Below are positions 61,395-64,000 of a stretch of DNA of 64,000 nucleotides, piece after piece; position 1 is the first letter of the stretch; each line of letters starts with the position of its first letter. Under the pieces are notes generated by a model. That model saw only the letters and a list, made by a program, of their open reading frames with translations, had not been told where the DNA came from and searched no databases. The stretch comes from Planctomycetota bacterium. Lineage in GTDB: Bacteria > Planctomycetota > UBA11346. The stretch covers positions 492 to 64,491 of the forward strand of contig JAFLCQ010000004.1 in NCBI GenBank assembly GCA_017302815.1, given 5' to 3'. The translations under genes were made by a program, and so were the position numbers.

Positions 61395-62008
61395 GCTGGT
61401 TCGCAAGCCTTCTCAGCCGATCCGTCAAACCGCAGGCTGATGATGCCCGCGTGCTCAGTCGTCGCGCCTTCTTCACCGGCGGGTTCCTCCGCCAGGCTGC
61501 CGCCGCCCCTGCGCCTGCACCTGCACGCCCACGACCAGCCTTCCCTGTCCTGCGTCCGCCAGGAGCCGTCGCCGAAGCCGACTTCCTCGCCGGCTGCACC
61601 CGTTGCGGCGACTGCATCCGCGCCTGCCCGCACCAGGCCATCCGTCTGGCGCCAGACCGCCTGCGCGCCGCCGCCGGCACGCCGATCATCGATCCGACCG
61701 TGCAACCCTGCCTGATGTGCACCGACACGCCGTGCATCACCGCCTGCGTCCCGGCGGTGCTGCGACGAGCGCCTGAAGCGCCGGTGCCGGCCATCGGTCT
61801 GGCCCGCATCGCCACCGTCGACTGCCTCGCCCATCAGGGCACGACCTGTACGACCTGCAGCGAACGTTGTCCGGTCGAGGGCGCCATCCGCCTGACCGGC
61901 AACCGTCCCCAGGTCGTGCCGGATGCCTGCACCGGCTGCGGCATCTGTCACCACGTCTGCCCGGCCCCGCGCAATGCGGTCCTGGTCATGCCCAGGGTGC
62001 GCTCATGA
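61391..62008 (+). CDS. napF: NapF-like 4Fe-4S ferredoxin
   Basis: ATGA overlap with the upstream stop. MSWFASLL...RRAFFTGG. CTRCGDCIRACP, CLMCTDTPCITAC, CTTCSERCP, CTGCGICHHVCP. Confidence 0.7.
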   Translation: MSWFASLLSRSVKPQADDARVLSRRAFFTGGFLRQAAAAPAPAPARPRPAFPVLRPPGAVAEADFLAGCTRCGDCIRACPHQAIRLAPDRLRAAAGTPIIDPTVQPCLMCTDTPCITACVPAVLRRAPEAPVPAIGLARIATVDCLAHQGTTCTTCSERCPVEGAIRLTGNRPQVVPDACTGCGICHHVCPAPRNAVLVMPRVRS

Positions 62009-62310
62009 CCATCCCGCTGGCCCGCCTCACCACGGCCGACCTTGATCCAATGACGCTTACCGCGCTGTTCAGCGATCTCGCCACGTTGGTCGAGATCGAT
62101 GAGGTGCTGATCAAGGGTGATGCCACCGCCTATGCTGGCGCGACCGGGCTGGGCGAGGCGCAGCGAGCCCTGGCGGCAGGCGCCCGTGGCATCCAGATCC
62201 GCTATCGCTGGGCTGGCGAAGGCTGGCTCGACACCCTCATGAGCGGCCCCGGCGGCATCCGCCTGGTGCGCTCGCAGACGTCCCCGACCCCATCCCAGGA
62301 GCAGCCATGA
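62005..62310 (+). CDS. Hypothetical protein (101 aa) in nap operon
   Basis: ATGA overlap with the napF-like stop. No family recognised. Confidence 0.4.
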   Translation: MTIPLARLTTADLDPMTLTALFSDLATLVEIDEVLIKGDATAYAGATGLGEAQRALAAGARGIQIRYRWAGEGWLDTLMSGPGGIRLVRSQTSPTPSQEQP

Positions 62311-63146
62311 CCACCCTCGCCGACCTGCGCCGTGAGCACCAGATTCTCACCTCCCTCATGGCCTCGCTCGCGCTGCCAGAGCAGGCCGGTCCGAAGGAAG
62401 CTGAGCGCGCCCGCCAGAATCTCATCCTGTTCGCACGGCATGTGATCGAGCATTTCGCACATGAGGACCCCGTGCTGGCCGAACTGACGGCGGCACCGGT
62501 CGGCACGGCCATGCGCACTGCCGGCGATGCGCGAATCCGTGAATCGCAGGCCCTGGCTGAGGGGTGCGCATCGTTCTCCCGGCATTGGACTCATCCCGGA
62601 GCCATCGAACGGGACCCGAAGACCTTCGGCTCCGCGCTGGGCATCCTCCAGGCAGCGGTAGCCCGCCTCGTGCGCCGGGAGGAGACCGAGGTGTATCCGT
62701 TGGCGGTAACCGGCTGGGCCCCGCATCCCGTCCTGGCACCACCGCTGACCGGCATTGCCGAACTCGACGATGACCACATCGAGATATTCAGCATGATCGG
62801 CGGTCTGCGGGCGATCGTCGACGACCGGCTGTCCGCCGTCGATGGAGCGCATGTAGCGGCTTTGGCGGCCTATGCCGAGCGGCATTTTGCGCGCGAAGAG
62901 TCCATCATGGAAGCGACCTCGTATCCTGGCTTGGAGGACCATCGGCAGGAGCACCATCGCGCGCGGGCGATCTTGATGGGGTTTCGCAATGACTACCTCG
63001 ATGGGCGTCGCCTTGACGCCATCACCGTGCTCAAGTTCCTGGAGAGCTGGCTGTCCTCGCACATCGCCGAAGTGGACCAACGCATGGTTGCGCATGTGCG
63101 CCATTGCGGTTCTGGAATCGTGTCCAGCGACCAGACGCTCGCCTGA
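62307..63146 (+). CDS. Double hemerythrin-domain protein
   Basis: N-terminal HHE-like half (LRREHQILTSL...HVIEHFAHEDPVL). C-terminal bacteriohemerythrin half (IAELDDDHIEIFSMI...YAERHFAREESIM...DHRQEHHRA...WLSSHIAEVDQRM). Confidence 0.7.
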   Translation: MTTLADLRREHQILTSLMASLALPEQAGPKEAERARQNLILFARHVIEHFAHEDPVLAELTAAPVGTAMRTAGDARIRESQALAEGCASFSRHWTHPGAIERDPKTFGSALGILQAAVARLVRREETEVYPLAVTGWAPHPVLAPPLTGIAELDDDHIEIFSMIGGLRAIVDDRLSAVDGAHVAALAAYAERHFAREESIMEATSYPGLEDHRQEHHRARAILMGFRNDYLDGRRLDAITVLKFLESWLSSHIAEVDQRMVAHVRHCGSGIVSSDQTLA

Positions 63147-63155
63147 TCCGTTCCA

Positions 63156-64000
63156 TCACCGCAATCCTAAACGCCCAGCCAAACGCTGCAGGTTGCTGGC
63201 AGTCAGGCCGAGTTCGCGCGCGGCGGGCGTCCAACGGCCAGCGTGGCGTGCAAGTGCAGCCTGCACTTCGTTCCGGGCCGCGCTGTCGAGGCGCTGGCGC
63301 AGCGTGCCGCTGAGTGTTGCTGCGGGCGCGCCTGTAGTCGGGACGGAGGCCTCGCCCAGACCGAGGTGGTCAAGCCCGACGATCACGCTTTGGCGTCGGC
63401 CAGCAGGACCGGCGGCGCGAACCACTGCGCGCATGAGGACATGCTCCAGTTCCCGGACATTGCCCGGCCAGGGATAGGCGACCAGCGCGCTGCGCGCCGT
63501 GGCGTCGAGGCGGGCCGAGGAGCAACCCAGCCGGATCGCCTCGCGATCGAGGACGTGTCCGGCCAGGAGGGTGATGTCCTCACGGCGTTCCCGCAGCGGC
63601 GGGACATGCAAGGGGTACACGGCAAGGCGGTGGTAGAGGTCGGAACGGAAGCGTCCGCCGGCCTGCTCGGCGACGAGGTCGCGGTTGGTCGCCGCGATCA
63701 CCCGCACGTCGACTTTCAGCACGCGGTCGGCGCCGACCCGCTGGATCTCGCCCTGCTGGAGCGCGCGCAGCAGCTTCGGCTGCACGGTCGCGGGCAGTTC
63801 ACCGACCTCGTCGAGGAACAGCGTACCGCCGTCTGCTACCTCGAACTTGCCGGCGCGGTCGGCGCTGGCCCCGGTGAAGGCGCCGCGCAGGTGGCCGAAC
63901 AGTTCGCTCTCGGCGATCTGCTCGGGCAGGGCGGCGCAGTTCACCTGCACCATCGGCTCGTCGGTGCGGCGGCTGCCGGCGTGCACCGCGCTGGCGACCA
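63156..64000 (-). CDS. Sigma-54-dependent transcriptional activator (NorR-like), N-terminus outside window
   Basis: AAA+ sigma-54 interaction domain: [15 protein letters not shown] (GAFTGA loop), [31 protein letters not shown]-terminal Fis-type [24 protein letters not shown]. The frame remains open to base 64000. Confidence 0.85.
   Translation of the reverse strand, partial: VASAVHAGSRRTDEPMVQVNCAALPEQIAESELFGHLRGAFTGASADRAGKFEVADGGTLFLDEVGELPATVQPKLLRALQQGEIQRVGADRVLKVDVRVIAATNRDLVAEQAGGRFRSDLYHRLAVYPLHVPPLRERREDITLLAGHVLDREAIRLGCSSARLDATARSALVAYPWPGNVRELEHVLMRAVVRAAGPAGRRQSVIVGLDHLGLGEASVPTTGAPAATLSGTLRQRLDSAARNEVQAALARHAGRWTPAARELGLTASNLQRLAGRLGLR

Noticed and set aside
60177-61406. 409-aa minus-strand ORF
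   Set aside because: Antisense to the NapH-NapG fusion gene, with its many CxxCxxCxxxCP motifs.
1-64000. CRISPR arrays, rRNA genes, retron-like or large tandem repeat arrays
   Set aside because: Reading the window showed no regularly spaced direct repeats of 25-40 bp and no rRNA-like segments. The only repeats seen are the short ones listed as features.

Overview
High-GC (by eye about two-thirds G+C) Gram-negative chromosomal window in three parts. All family calls come from motif recognition by eye; no searches were run.

(1) 1-5.7 kb, core. Start of the dcw cell-division cluster on the minus strand (mraZ-like, small ORF, rsmH, ftsL, ftsI cut by the window edge), a 4x-HTH repeat protein, a metallophosphoesterase and tRNA-Leu(GAG).

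(2) About 5.7-46.5 kb, accessory region starting right after the tRNA.
- Proximal part: tyrosine integrase, excisionase-like HTH and DUF3987 module; a degenerate IS630-like gene; DUF932; a clamp-like protein; a Cas4-like nuclease; a secreted PLD nuclease operon; a 939-aa primase-polymerase-like protein; an MCM-like AAA+ / ParB-like operon; many hypotheticals.
- Distal third, a defence islet: CoiA-like protein, DUF4268 nuclease-like gene, a truncated hsdM stub, a visibly AT-richer 1505-aa STAND NTPase with an N-terminal Mrr-like nuclease (Avs-like), and a tight four-gene operon of three paralogous SMODS-type nucleotidyltransferases plus one 4-TM effector.
- That four-gene operon is my strongest candidate for an undescribed system.

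(3) 46.5-64 kb, core anaerobic respiration.
- tauE and a full molybdenum-cofactor set (mobB, mog, mobA, moaC, moeA, moaE, moaD, moaA, with a candidate Moco riboswitch).
- An Rrf2 regulator and a tetraheme cytochrome c / FeS / NrfD operon with hemerythrin fusions.
- Two perfect FNR-type boxes in the divergent promoter region.
- napD-napA, a duplicated napB, a fused napH-napG, napF-like, more hemerythrin, and a NorR-like sigma-54 activator cut by the window edge.

Many long ORFs in the supplied track are GC-driven shadow frames. No rRNA or CRISPR array was seen.
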